DNA of 64,000 nt from a virus (lineage: Duplodnaviria > Caudoviricetes), in IMG/VR virus record IMGVR_UViG_3300043414_000372, positions 1 to 64,000 of that record; one strand, written 5' to 3'. Positions 1-8,452 of the stretch are shown piece by piece. A program made the translations under genes and the position numbers. Position 1 is the stretch's first letter. Every line of letters starts with the position of its first letter. The notes under the pieces were generated by a model. The model was not told where the DNA came from. It worked only from the letters and a program-made list of their open reading frames with translations, and ran no database searches.

Positions 1-2
1 AA

Positions 3-557
3 TTTCCTAATGGTTGGCAAACAACTGTTCGTTGGCATGATGCCGGTGACTTTTTTAGTCCAGAATACTTAGACATGGCATTGAAGATGGCTGCTAAACA
101 TCCTGATGTTAGATTCTATGCTTACACTAAGATGGCTGGTGCAGCGTTAGCTAAGAAGCCAGATAACTTCATTATCAACTGGAGTGAAGGCGCTAACACT
201 GCACAAGAAAAACAAATCAAAGCACAAGACCCTAACTTAGACAAAACTAAGAATAGTCGCATCGTTCCAGAGAAACTATTCTATGACTTGTTAGCTAAGG
301 ATGAGAAGGGTAACTTGAAAAAGACGGATGACGGTGCATGGCAACCTGCTGATGAAGCGGCACTCAAAGAAATGAAACAACGTATTGCCACAGAATATGG
401 AATTAGTGCTTCGAGTATTTTAAGTTATACTGAATACATGGCTAAACGAAATTCAATTCCAGCTGGAATGAAGTACAATGTTATTGTTGCCCCGGGTGAA
501 GGTGATGTTAGTGCTAACGACCCTGGTGTACTAAGTACACTATTGTTAAGACACTAA
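3..557 (+). CDS. GP88-like protein, 5'-truncated by the window edge
   Basis: Frame is open upstream of the track ATG (75): FPNGWQTTVRWHDAGDFFSPEY followed by FYAYTK, the RWHxxGDF...YxYTK signature of phage Gp88-like proteins. Confidence 0.7.
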   Translation, partial: FPNGWQTTVRWHDAGDFFSPEYLDMALKMAAKHPDVRFYAYTKMAGAALAKKPDNFIINWSEGANTAQEKQIKAQDPNLDKTKNSRIVPEKLFYDLLAKDEKGNLKKTDDGAWQPADEAALKEMKQRIATEYGISASSILSYTEYMAKRNSIPAGMKYNVIVAPGEGDVSANDPGVLSTLLLRH

Positions 558-1384
558 ACTTTAAGTAGTTCTTCCAAAGTGTACAACTCTTTCATATAGG
601 GTGACACATTATCTAATACAGATACTGCTAAGTCACCCTTTCTTCTTGGACCTATTTTTGTAAGCAAATTAATATTAGGTATATTATTTACCTCTCTGAA
701 CATATTAATCATTTCAGCAACAGTATACCCTATACCGTGTCCCAAGCATTCTATCTGATTGCTTGGCTTCTCAATAGCACTACGTAATGCATCACAGATT
801 TCATTCACATGAACGTAATCACGTACACAAGTTCCATCTCGTGTACCATAATCATTACCAAAGATGGTAAACTCACCTGTCTCTTTTGCTTTCAATAGAT
901 TATACATTAGTCCATCGGGGTTAGTTGGCTCAAACCCATCACTACCAATTACATTGTAGAATCTAAAGATAGTATAAGGTGTGGGTTTGTGTTGAGTATA
1001 GTATTCACGCACAACATCTTCCGCAGCACGTTTACTAATTCCATATGCACTTTCACAATCTTGTGCTGCGCCTGTACTAGCAAAGATAAAGTTCTTTGTC
1101 TTTATTTTATTAATAACATTCATTGTACCATTCAAGTTAGTGATGTAATATTGAATGGGCATTCTTTCACTTTCACTAACATTAACTAATGCTGCTAAAT
1201 GAATTACTGCATCAAATTCCATATCAATATTAAACAACTTATTGATATTAAGTTGATAATGATCGGTTACGGGAAATTGTGATGGATTAATATCCAATCC
1301 ATATATTTCATAATCTGTGCGTAGCATCTTACTAAGATGACTACCAATGTAACCACTGTTACCTGTTATTAATACTTTTTTCAT
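554..1384 (-). CDS. galE: NAD-dependent epimerase/dehydratase (UDP-glucose 4-epimerase-like)
   Basis: TGNSGYIG Rossmann motif, HLAA, YGISK (YxxxK), FRFYNV, RDYVHV. Confidence 0.85.
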   Translation of the reverse strand: MKKVLITGNSGYIGSHLSKMLRTDYEIYGLDINPSQFPVTDHYQLNINKLFNIDMEFDAVIHLAALVNVSESERMPIQYYITNLNGTMNVINKIKTKNFIFASTGAAQDCESAYGISKRAAEDVVREYYTQHKPTPYTIFRFYNVIGSDGFEPTNPDGLMYNLLKAKETGEFTIFGNDYGTRDGTCVRDYVHVNEICDALRSAIEKPSNQIECLGHGIGYTVAEMINMFREVNNIPNINLLTKIGPRRKGDLAVSVLDNVSPYMKELYTLEELLKV

Positions 1385-2724
1385 TCAAAACTAAAAAGGC
1401 TTTCACCTTCTTCCTCTGGTTCAAACACTGGATCTTTGGTAAGATACGTATCATGGTCTGTATATATTATACGAAACTTGTGTTTATTTGTCAACACTGA
1501 TTTGATATCATCAATGCATAACAATCTACGTTCTAACTGGATATTAAAACTACTCAATTTAATTGTAGTTTCTTCGCATATCTTTGCAGTATTACTATTA
1601 GATTTCTTACCGTCAAACTCATTGAAACAACTATTCCATTTGTGAAATACATCAGCTTCTGTTTGTTGCGTGTGTGTCAACGCACCCTTATCATAGTATA
1701 ATTTAGCTATGCTATATTGTTCATATAGTGCTGTAACCAACGCAGCTATATTCTTCTTGTCAGTTCTATAGAAATAATCACTACTAAAGTTTTTAGTCCA
1801 GCGCATATCATCTAAACATACTGTGGGCATCTGTGTCATTTGCTCATAAAAAGCCATACCATAACTCTCAACCGTGCTAGGATTGAATGCAACTCTGCAA
1901 CTAGTAATGAAGTCTACCTTTTCTTGTCCAATGATACTGACTCCAATCTTGTAATCAGTTATTCCCATTTTCTTAAAACGATCCTCAAACTTTTTTGCAC
2001 CGTTTGCATTAGTCATAACTCGTGCGGGTAGTTTAGTTTGTTCAATCAAGTCTAGGTAAAGTTCTGGATTCTTACCTTCTTCCCATCTACCGATAAACAA
2101 TACACCTTCACGTGGTTTATGATGTTCTTTTAATAACTCTTGTTCTGTGATTGGAATAGGCAAGTGATATGCATTAGTAAATTGTAACTGATTAAACTTA
2201 CTCTGTGTGCCAATAGTAATGCCGTACAATTCCAATTGCTTACGCATCATATCATTAGTATTGTGTAAGAATGGATTCTTTGTGTCTTTAAAAATTTGAC
2301 TTTCTAAATGAGTATATGCAATTATTTGTATAACATCTTCAAGACCCATTGTACTAGCAACCTGAACAGTTTCGTATGTATTGCATATCAATGCATCATA
2401 TATATTATTTTCAAGTGCTTCTATGATACTGTTACGGAAGTTGGCCATACGTTCATAACAGAATGTATCACCGTACATAAATATACCGCTATGGTCCGTG
2501 TACTTTAATGATTCAAGTGGAGATATAACATTAGCTTTCAATGATTTAACAAAATCAGTATCTTGTGGTTCTTTATCAGTTATGATATCAACTTTGATGT
2601 TGTGACTATCCATTAACTCACAAAAACTTTTTGCAAATTGACCTATACCACCATGTGGTACTAATGTCTGATAGCTTACTAAGAAGCCTATTCTTTTGTT
2701 ATAGGTCCGCATTCCATACCTCAT
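1381..2724 (-). CDS. GT-B glycosyltransferase (GT4-like)
   Basis: PHGGIG N-terminal motif, FIGRWEEGKNP, and ESYGMAFYE (E-x7-E). Confidence 0.8.
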   Translation of the reverse strand: MRYGMRTYNKRIGFLVSYQTLVPHGGIGQFAKSFCELMDSHNIKVDIITDKEPQDTDFVKSLKANVISPLESLKYTDHSGIFMYGDTFCYERMANFRNSIIEALENNIYDALICNTYETVQVASTMGLEDVIQIIAYTHLESQIFKDTKNPFLHNTNDMMRKQLELYGITIGTQSKFNQLQFTNAYHLPIPITEQELLKEHHKPREGVLFIGRWEEGKNPELYLDLIEQTKLPARVMTNANGAKKFEDRFKKMGITDYKIGVSIIGQEKVDFITSCRVAFNPSTVESYGMAFYEQMTQMPTVCLDDMRWTKNFSSDYFYRTDKKNIAALVTALYEQYSIAKLYYDKGALTHTQQTEADVFHKWNSCFNEFDGKKSNSNTAKICEETTIKLSSFNIQLERRLLCIDDIKSVLTNKHKFRIIYTDHDTYLTKDPVFEPEEEGESLFSFE

Positions 2725-2893
2725 CTACTTTAGGAACAGTAATCCATTCTGTAAATCCTGCTCTTTTAAGAAATCCACCTGTTCTAGGATTCTGTGAAGC
2801 ATAGTCTGTTATTTCTGTTTCATACCGATATTGTAGTAATGTTTCAGGGCCATCTATTCCTGCTGTAGTAAGCCAACGCATTTCAAATCTCAT
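2699..2893 (-). CDS. Hypothetical protein (64 aa)
   Basis: ORF tiled in the operon with overlapping ends; no recognisable motif. Confidence 0.55.
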   Translation of the reverse strand: MRFEMRWLTTAGIDGPETLLQYRYETEITDYASQNPRTGGFLKRAGFTEWITVPKVDEVWNADL

Positions 2894-3135
2894 ATTAAAT
2901 CCTTTAATCTTGCTATTAAATATTCATCTTTATCATACCAACGATGTTCGTACAACCAATCTGCAAACCCTGATTGATATCCTGCGGTAATGCAATATAC
3001 ATTCTCTAACCACATTATACGCTTTGATATATAGCATCGTCTAGGCAATAGGGTAAACTTTAATTTTCTACCCATAACACATCGTTTAAAATGATAATCA
3101 CCGGCTGATTGCGTAGTCCAATCACTTGAGGGCAT
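2890..3135 (-). CDS. Hypothetical protein (81 aa)
   Basis: ORF tiled in the operon, overlapping its neighbours. Confidence 0.6.
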   Translation of the reverse strand: MPSSDWTTQSAGDYHFKRCVMGRKLKFTLLPRRCYISKRIMWLENVYCITAGYQSGFADWLYEHRWYDKDEYLIARLKDLI

Positions 3136-3230
3136 TATTCTCTATCCACTCTAGCATCTTCATTTGACCTATAGCACATGTATAGTACACCTACTATATA
3201 CCCAAGTAAGAATCCCCAAACTAAATTCAT
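3135..3230 (-). CDS. 31-aa single-pass membrane microprotein (not in ORF track)
   Basis: Hand translation MNLVWGFLLGYIVGVLYMCYRSNEDARVDRE*; TGATG overlap with queE stop and TAATG overlap with the next start, exactly filling the gap. Confidence 0.7.
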   Translation of the reverse strand: MNLVWGFLLGYIVGVLYMCYRSNEDARVDRE

Positions 3231-4078
3231 CAGGTACCCCACTCGTTTTTGAACAACGGCACTTGTAATCTATCACTATAGCGCCAGCCTAAACGCATTG
3301 CTTCATTAGCAACATTTCTAGCATTCATATTATACAAACTTTCAACACCGCCGCAAGGCATCAAATATACATGTCCTCTAAAGCCACGCTTACTGTATTC
3401 ATTAACTGCTTCTTGTGCTTCTTCTACGTCTTGTTTGTTTGCTACAACAAATTTAAGATATACATGACCCACTTGAGTATATTCATATACAACTTCAGGT
3501 CTTATTGCTTCTTCCCACTTTTCTCCGCTGATACTTAGTTTAGGACTGACGCTAAATGTTATTGCACCCATGCTACGACTGATACACCATTTATGTAAGT
3601 AGATTTTCAAATCTTGATGTAATTCTTGTGTACCGTTAGTTTCAAAAGTTAACTCTTGCAAACCACGCATGTTTTCATGTGAAAGCAAATCTACATAACT
3701 ACGTTGCCAACCCAGCAATGGTTCGCCGCCTGTGATAACAAGATGCTCACTCAACCAACGATTGTGTGGTAGCATTTCCATAATGCTATCAACGATACTA
3801 TCAGTTTCAAGTACAGGACTTAAATCTTTGAATCTTGGATCCCAACTTGCATAACTATCACAACCTGTGCTAACTAATGGTAGTTGTTTATAATCAGTAT
3901 AGTAATGAACACGGGCAGCTATATCTTCTACTTCACGACTTAGTTCACCCTTAGGCATACCAAAGCCTGCGCATTTGAAGTTACATCCGAATGTACGTAG
4001 AAAGACTGAGGGGACACCCATGTATCTACCCTCACCCTGAATGCTATAGAATAGTTCTGCGATTTTTAATTTTGCCAT
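3230..4078 (-). CDS. queE: 7-carboxy-7-deazaguanine synthase (radical SAM)
   Basis: IAELFYSIQGEG, RTFGCNFKC...C cluster motif, VITGGEP, ETNGT, VSPKL; start re-set to MAKLKI (4078). Confidence 0.92.
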   Translation of the reverse strand: MAKLKIAELFYSIQGEGRYMGVPSVFLRTFGCNFKCAGFGMPKGELSREVEDIAARVHYYTDYKQLPLVSTGCDSYASWDPRFKDLSPVLETDSIVDSIMEMLPHNRWLSEHLVITGGEPLLGWQRSYVDLLSHENMRGLQELTFETNGTQELHQDLKIYLHKWCISRSMGAITFSVSPKLSISGEKWEEAIRPEVVYEYTQVGHVYLKFVVANKQDVEEAQEAVNEYSKRGFRGHVYLMPCGGVESLYNMNARNVANEAMRLGWRYSDRLQVPLFKNEWGT

Positions 4079-4079
4079 G

Positions 4080-4559
4080 TTAATCCTGAAATTCGTTATC
4101 TTCCCTGTGCCCAACACGCATTGCCATGTTAGCATCAGTTTCTCTTACTTCTACTTTACTACACCAAACACGTTCTGCTTCACTAGCACCAAAGCTAGGC
4201 AATAGAATAGTGTTAATGTATTCGTATAAGAAATCACTAATACCCTCACAGCCAGTCTTTTCAACTTCTGTAATCTTTGCTAGCTTAAGTCTACCCAACT
4301 CAAGTAAATGTTCACGCATTGGGTCATCTTGTGCGACTAGTAATGTATGATCAAACCAATCTTCTAATACAGATTTTAGAGGCTTTAGTCCCCCAAAGTC
4401 TGTTACCCAATTACGGGCATCTAATGTATCAGCTTCAAATTCAAAATGAAATGAAAGTGCGTAGCCATGTATTAGATTGCAATGACTATCGGCACGCCAT
4501 TGACGATAAGCTACTGGACCTATTTGTTTGTAAGTCTTTGTTGAAATATATTTTGCCAT
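4080..4559 (-). CDS. queD: 6-carboxy-5,6,7,8-tetrahydropterin synthase
   Basis: CNLIHGY (CxxxHG), DFGGLK, FDHTLL, VRET; adjacent to queE. Confidence 0.9.
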   Translation of the reverse strand: MAKYISTKTYKQIGPVAYRQWRADSHCNLIHGYALSFHFEFEADTLDARNWVTDFGGLKPLKSVLEDWFDHTLLVAQDDPMREHLLELGRLKLAKITEVEKTGCEGISDFLYEYINTILLPSFGASEAERVWCSKVEVRETDANMAMRVGHREDNEFQD

Positions 4560-4565
4560 GATGTT

Positions 4566-4630
4566 CTCCTATGTTATTATAGCATAGGACGCAGAATTTA
4601 TCAACCGGGATGATGTCCTGTAGACCGGCT
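4566..4630 (-). promoter_or_regulatory. Candidate structured leader (hairpin + pseudoknot vs SD-sequestering stem) of queD
   Basis: AGCCGG/CCGGUU stem with 16-nt loop; loop AGGAC is complementary to downstream GUCCU, which alternatively forms UCCUAUG/CAUAGGA over the SD. Confidence 0.45.
4576..4604 (-). promoter_or_regulatory. Sigma70-type promoter of queD
   Basis: Minus strand TTGATA-N17-TATAAT with extended -10 TG; AGGAG SD follows. Confidence 0.7.
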
Positions 4631-4639
4631 CTGGGTAAA

Positions 4640-5194
4640 TTAAAGATAATTGTACCCAGGTAAATTTTTCTTTATACGACTTCGTAAAGTATCATTTGTT
4701 ATTTTTAGTGCTATGGCTGCATCCTTAACACAATCAAAAGTTCCAATAGGTGTTGATACTGATTTAGCCCTAGGATTTAATCCACCGTGCAACTGTGGTC
4801 TATTTTTGAACAGCAGTATATTTTCGGGCGTGTGCTTTTTACCATAAAATGAATTCAATGTTCCTTTTTTGCCAAACTGAGGATTTTTTTCTCCCTTCAT
4901 ACCAGGACTACCTACTGGCTTTCCGTCTCTTCCATTCTCGGGCCTTAGATTTGCCCACTCTTTAGATTCTACAATGTTGTTCTTCTCAGAGAATTTCAAA
5001 GCAAAATGTTCACATTCATCTTGATCTTCAAACTCCCAAACCTCTAATGTAATTATGTCTTTCCCGTGCATTTTCAAATGTCGGCGCCAATGTGTCCCTG
5101 AACCAATATAAACATTTGGATTTTTTTTGATAGTCATTCCAAAATATTTCAAGCCAGTTATTCTGTGTTGTTTTACATATAAATAAATTTTCAT
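4640..5194 (-). mobile_element. Free-standing GIY-YIG homing endonuclease with NUMOD3-like DNA-binding repeats
   Basis: IYLY...GLKYFG catalytic motif; GEKNPQFGKK and NSFYGKKHT NUMOD3-like motifs; inserted between intact genes. Confidence 0.85.
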
Positions 5195-5218
5195 AGATTA
5201 CCTCTATGATTATTTATC
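5191..5218 (-). promoter_or_regulatory. Late promoter plus translational-repression hairpin of the endonuclease gene
   Basis: GATAAATA (5211-5218) followed by UCAUAGA-ggtaa-UCUAUGA stem covering the GAGG SD and AUG. Confidence 0.65.
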
Positions 5219-5224
5219 CCTAAT

Positions 5225-5252
5225 TAGCGGGGTTGATGCCAAAAGACCGCTA
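5225..5252 (-). repeat. Second copy of the queD-leader hairpin
   Basis: UAGCGG/CCGCUA 6-bp stem, 16-nt loop UCUUUUGGCAUCAACC resembling UCUACAGGACAUCAUC at 4609-4624. Confidence 0.55.
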
Positions 5253-5255
5253 TAT

Positions 5256-6113
5256 CTATTTACCTAAATTCATTTCTTTTCGGATATTTGTGGCACTAAT
5301 TTGGGTGATATTTTCATCAAATGTTTCCTCACCTGATGTATATCCCACTCCGCGTCCCCAACCAATATGAACAATATTGGGTACAACTTGTATCTCATAT
5401 TGTCCTTGAAAGATTGGATCTAAATCACGTTTGATAAACCCTTTAACTTGGTCAATAGCGAAAGGATTACTTCCTTGCCATCCTTGTACATCACGTACTT
5501 GAATAACAACTTGCCCAGTTTTTGCTATCAATCGTTCAAACAATGCACGATGTCCAGCATGCCATGGTTGCCAACGACCCAGCATTTGTACTGTTTCTTT
5601 CTTCCAATCAAATACTGGTCTACGGCGATTGTCTAGTATATGTTGCCCAATAAACTCTGCCCACTTGTCAGCGTTTTGTTCTGTTATACGGAAATCATAT
5701 ACTTCTGGTGGAATAAATGCTTTGTTAGTATCATCAAACCGACCTTGGTCAATAGTATCAACCCAGATAGTCCAATCAGCTTTGAAGTTATTACGCATCT
5801 CAACTAATGGTGCAACAAAGTCGCATATAACATAATCACTAGTACAATTTAATGCAAACTCAGCCATACGCAATGATTGACGAATACGACCTTCACGGCT
5901 GAAGTCCCAATCATTATATTTTTTACGAATCTCATCAGCATTAAACCAATCTACACTACACTTGTATGTAGTTGGCATATGTTCCATGTTAATAGCACGA
6001 TCCATTGGAAAGTTTTTAATATTTGAATTTTCTTCAATATACTTTTTCAATGCTGTGGCTAAAAATGTTTTGCCTGCTCCCGGCAAACCCATAATAAGTA
6101 TTTTCTTTGTCAT
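5256..6113 (-). CDS. Adenylylsulfate-kinase-like P-loop kinase fused to HxGH nucleotidyltransferase domain
   Basis: GLPGAGKT, NADEIR, DFVAP in the N-terminal half; GRWQPWHAGH and ISATNIR in the C-terminal half. Confidence 0.75.
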   Translation of the reverse strand: MTKKILIMGLPGAGKTFLATALKKYIEENSNIKNFPMDRAINMEHMPTTYKCSVDWFNADEIRKKYNDWDFSREGRIRQSLRMAEFALNCTSDYVICDFVAPLVEMRNNFKADWTIWVDTIDQGRFDDTNKAFIPPEVYDFRITEQNADKWAEFIGQHILDNRRRPVFDWKKETVQMLGRWQPWHAGHRALFERLIAKTGQVVIQVRDVQGWQGSNPFAIDQVKGFIKRDLDPIFQGQYEIQVVPNIVHIGWGRGVGYTSGEETFDENITQISATNIRKEMNLGK

Positions 6114-6577
6114 TGTTTCACCTTATTTTGTTCTGCTTCTGATACACGTTTACGTAAACTGCTGCTACTGAAACTGTGGTCACGACTATTGAATACTAAT
6201 TCTATCTTACGCTTCTCACAAATTGCTCGTCCAGTAAAGTCTTTCTCCATGTACTCAACCCCTAGTATACGTACATCTACTGGCAATGTCAACAGTATGT
6301 CTTCCAAATCTTTTTCAGTATTATAAACAACGATTTCATCTACAAAACGTACAGCACTTAAACTGATTTGTCGTTCTACAATACTTTGAATGGGTGCATT
6401 CTTATCTGGTCTATCCCATTGTGCATTGTTTTGTAATCCGGCAATAAGGTAATCGCAATGATTCTTAGCTTCACTAAGCATTGCGATATGTCCAGCGTGT
6501 AATATATCAAATTGCGAGAATACAATACCTATCTTAAGGCCTTGTAGTTTTAGTTCTTTAATTCTATTGAATATCAT
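6110..6577 (-). CDS. Cytidylyltransferase (TagD/RfaE-C-like)
   Basis: FDILHAGH, ERQ..L.AVRFVDEIV, SSSSLRKR. Confidence 0.85.
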   Translation of the reverse strand: MIFNRIKELKLQGLKIGIVFSQFDILHAGHIAMLSEAKNHCDYLIAGLQNNAQWDRPDKNAPIQSIVERQISLSAVRFVDEIVVYNTEKDLEDILLTLPVDVRILGVEYMEKDFTGRAICEKRKIELVFNSRDHSFSSSSLRKRVSEAEQNKVKQ

Positions 6578-7251
6578 TTATTGCCCCGAGCCAATTGATA
6601 AAATTCTGCTCTTGCTGCTGGATCACTTTTGAATCCTCCACCTAGCTTACTTGTAACAGTACTAGAGCCAGTATCTTCTACGCCGCGACTTTTTACACAA
6701 TAGTGTTGTGCATCAATCATAACCGCAACATCTTCTGTTTCCAGAATATATTGTAATGCGTGAAAGATTTGTTCAGTCAATCGTTCTTGGATTTGTGGAC
6801 GCTTGCTAAAGTATTCTACAATACGATTGATTTTACTCAATCCGAGCACCTTTTGATTGGGAACATATGCGACAGTAGCAAGACCGTCAATGACTACAAA
6901 GTGATGTTCACAATTGCTTTGTACATTGATATTGCGTTCACATACCATTTCGTTGTACTTCATTTTGTTATCAACTGCGGTACATTTAGGGAATGCTTCA
7001 TAATCTAGTCCCCAAAAGATTTCGTTGACATACATCTTTGCCACACGCTTTGGTGTATCCATAAGACTATCATCACTTAGGTCAAGCCCCATTGTTTCCA
7101 TGATAGATTTGAAATGACCTTCAATGATGTGAATTTTGTCTGTACGAATTAGTTTATTTGGAATAGTAGGAGTTTCAACTCCCATCTTAACCAAATGTTC
7201 GTGTACTTGTTGACCCAACTCTGGATCTGTTTTTGTTTTATTGTAACTCAT
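6574..7251 (-). CDS. folE: GTP cyclohydrolase I
   Basis: TPKRVAKM, SNCEHH, GLSKINRIV, QIQERLT, HYCVKSRG; start re-set to MSYNK (7251) after GGAAGG SD. Confidence 0.95.
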   Translation of the reverse strand: MSYNKTKTDPELGQQVHEHLVKMGVETPTIPNKLIRTDKIHIIEGHFKSIMETMGLDLSDDSLMDTPKRVAKMYVNEIFWGLDYEAFPKCTAVDNKMKYNEMVCERNINVQSNCEHHFVVIDGLATVAYVPNQKVLGLSKINRIVEYFSKRPQIQERLTEQIFHALQYILETEDVAVMIDAQHYCVKSRGVEDTGSSTVTSKLGGGFKSDPAARAEFYQLARGNK

Positions 7252-7323
7252 AGATAACCTTCCTTTGTGATGGTTTGTGTTTTGAAATGTAAGCAACCGT
7301 TGTGCTGCTTACATATTTATTTA

Positions 7324-7530
7324 TCACTTTGATTTTGCTTTTGATTTTTTTGCTGGCTTAACGCTAGCAATTGCTTCATTAACTTCCCGCAATAGGGCTT
7401 CATCGTCCCAAACTAATTCAGTTTTACCATTCGGAAATGTTGTAACTGTTAAGTGATTACCTTTAACGATCTTTACTACATCTTGTCCTGTAGCATCGAT
7501 AGTTTCTGTTTTCTTTTTGCGGGTTGCCAT
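7324..7530 (-). CDS. Hypothetical protein, basic termini
   Basis: ORF track; tiled in the operon. Confidence 0.65.
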   Translation of the reverse strand: MATRKKKTETIDATGQDVVKIVKGNHLTVTTFPNGKTELVWDDEALLREVNEAIASVKPAKKSKAKSK

Positions 7531-7532
7531 GA

Positions 7533-7721
7533 TTAAGCCTTAGCTTCTTTACGTGCTGCTTTCTCAGCAGTAATTTCGTTACGGCGAGCCTTAACTGCTT
7601 TAGCTAGTTCACCCAATGCTTTACGGGCACGAGTTCCTGCTGCTGCATTACCTTTTTCAAACTTTTCATGTTCGGCTTCGTATGCTGCCAATTGTGTTTT
7701 AATATCATTATGTGCGTTCAT
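7533..7721 (-). CDS. Histone H1-like (Hc1-type) small basic protein
   Basis: EKFEKGNAAAGTRARKALGELAKAVKARR resembles the Hc1-like family motif. Confidence 0.65.
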   Translation of the reverse strand: MNAHNDIKTQLAAYEAEHEKFEKGNAAAGTRARKALGELAKAVKARRNEITAEKAARKEAKA

Positions 7722-7745
7722 TTTATTTTCCTTTTAAAAATTTAT

Positions 7746-8162
7746 TTAGCTGGGGTCGCCTTGACCCACAATATTATCATCTTCATCTAACAACTCTAGA
7801 GGACCTTCAAGTATGTAATCAGTGTCATCACAACTCCAACCCAATTCTTCTAGCCCTTCATAGAATTCTTCATCCCATGCTTCTGTTATTTTCTCTTGTT
7901 CTTCTTCACTCATATCATCAGGGAATTCCCAATCAGCATAACAACCATCATCTAGATGTTCAAGTTCCCATTCATAATCATCGCTACCAATCTGATAACC
8001 ATCCTCATTGACTAAATCAATTTCAGGTTGTGTATCACTTTCGCAATAGAATATCCCCCAACGATAGCCCTCAGTACGGATAATTTCTTTACCGTCTTTG
8101 TACCAATGTTGTTTTTCAATTGCACTCTTTTTATGTTGAGTTTTTAATGTCCATGTTGTCAT
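7746..8162 (-). CDS. Highly acidic hypothetical protein
   Basis: C-terminal two-thirds very D/E-rich with periodic W/Y. Confidence 0.7.
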   Translation of the reverse strand: MTTWTLKTQHKKSAIEKQHWYKDGKEIIRTEGYRWGIFYCESDTQPEIDLVNEDGYQIGSDDYEWELEHLDDGCYADWEFPDDMSEEEQEKITEAWDEEFYEGLEELGWSCDDTDYILEGPLELLDEDDNIVGQGDPS

Positions 8163-8163
8163 T

Positions 8164-8451
8164 TTATTCTTCCTCAGTTAATAAATCGTTGATGTTCTCG
8201 GCAATACTCAATGCCCACTCGTAGTTGTTATCCCATGCTTCATCATATTCAGGTGTATGATCATCGGCATCAATGAAGCCTTCAATCGCATAAGCAAAAC
8301 GTGTAGCAAAGTTTTCTTCATTAATATGAGTACTACCTTCATTCCACACATCTTCCATGGTCATGATTTCACGTATCATATCAACATCGCTGCTGCCATC
8401 AATGCATTCTTCAATTTCTTCATCTGTTAAGTCTGTTGGAATTCTTGACAT
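8164..8451 (-). CDS. Highly acidic hypothetical protein
   Basis: D/E-rich throughout, almost no basic residues. Confidence 0.65.
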   Translation of the reverse strand: MSRIPTDLTDEEIEECIDGSSDVDMIREIMTMEDVWNEGSTHINEENFATRFAYAIEGFIDADDHTPEYDEAWDNNYEWALSIAENINDLLTEEE

Positions 8452-8452
8452 A

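Noticed and set aside
4560-5255. Group I intron hosting the GIY-YIG ORF
   Set aside because: Both flanking genes are complete and only about 80 and 60 nt of non-coding sequence flank the ORF, too little for an intron core.
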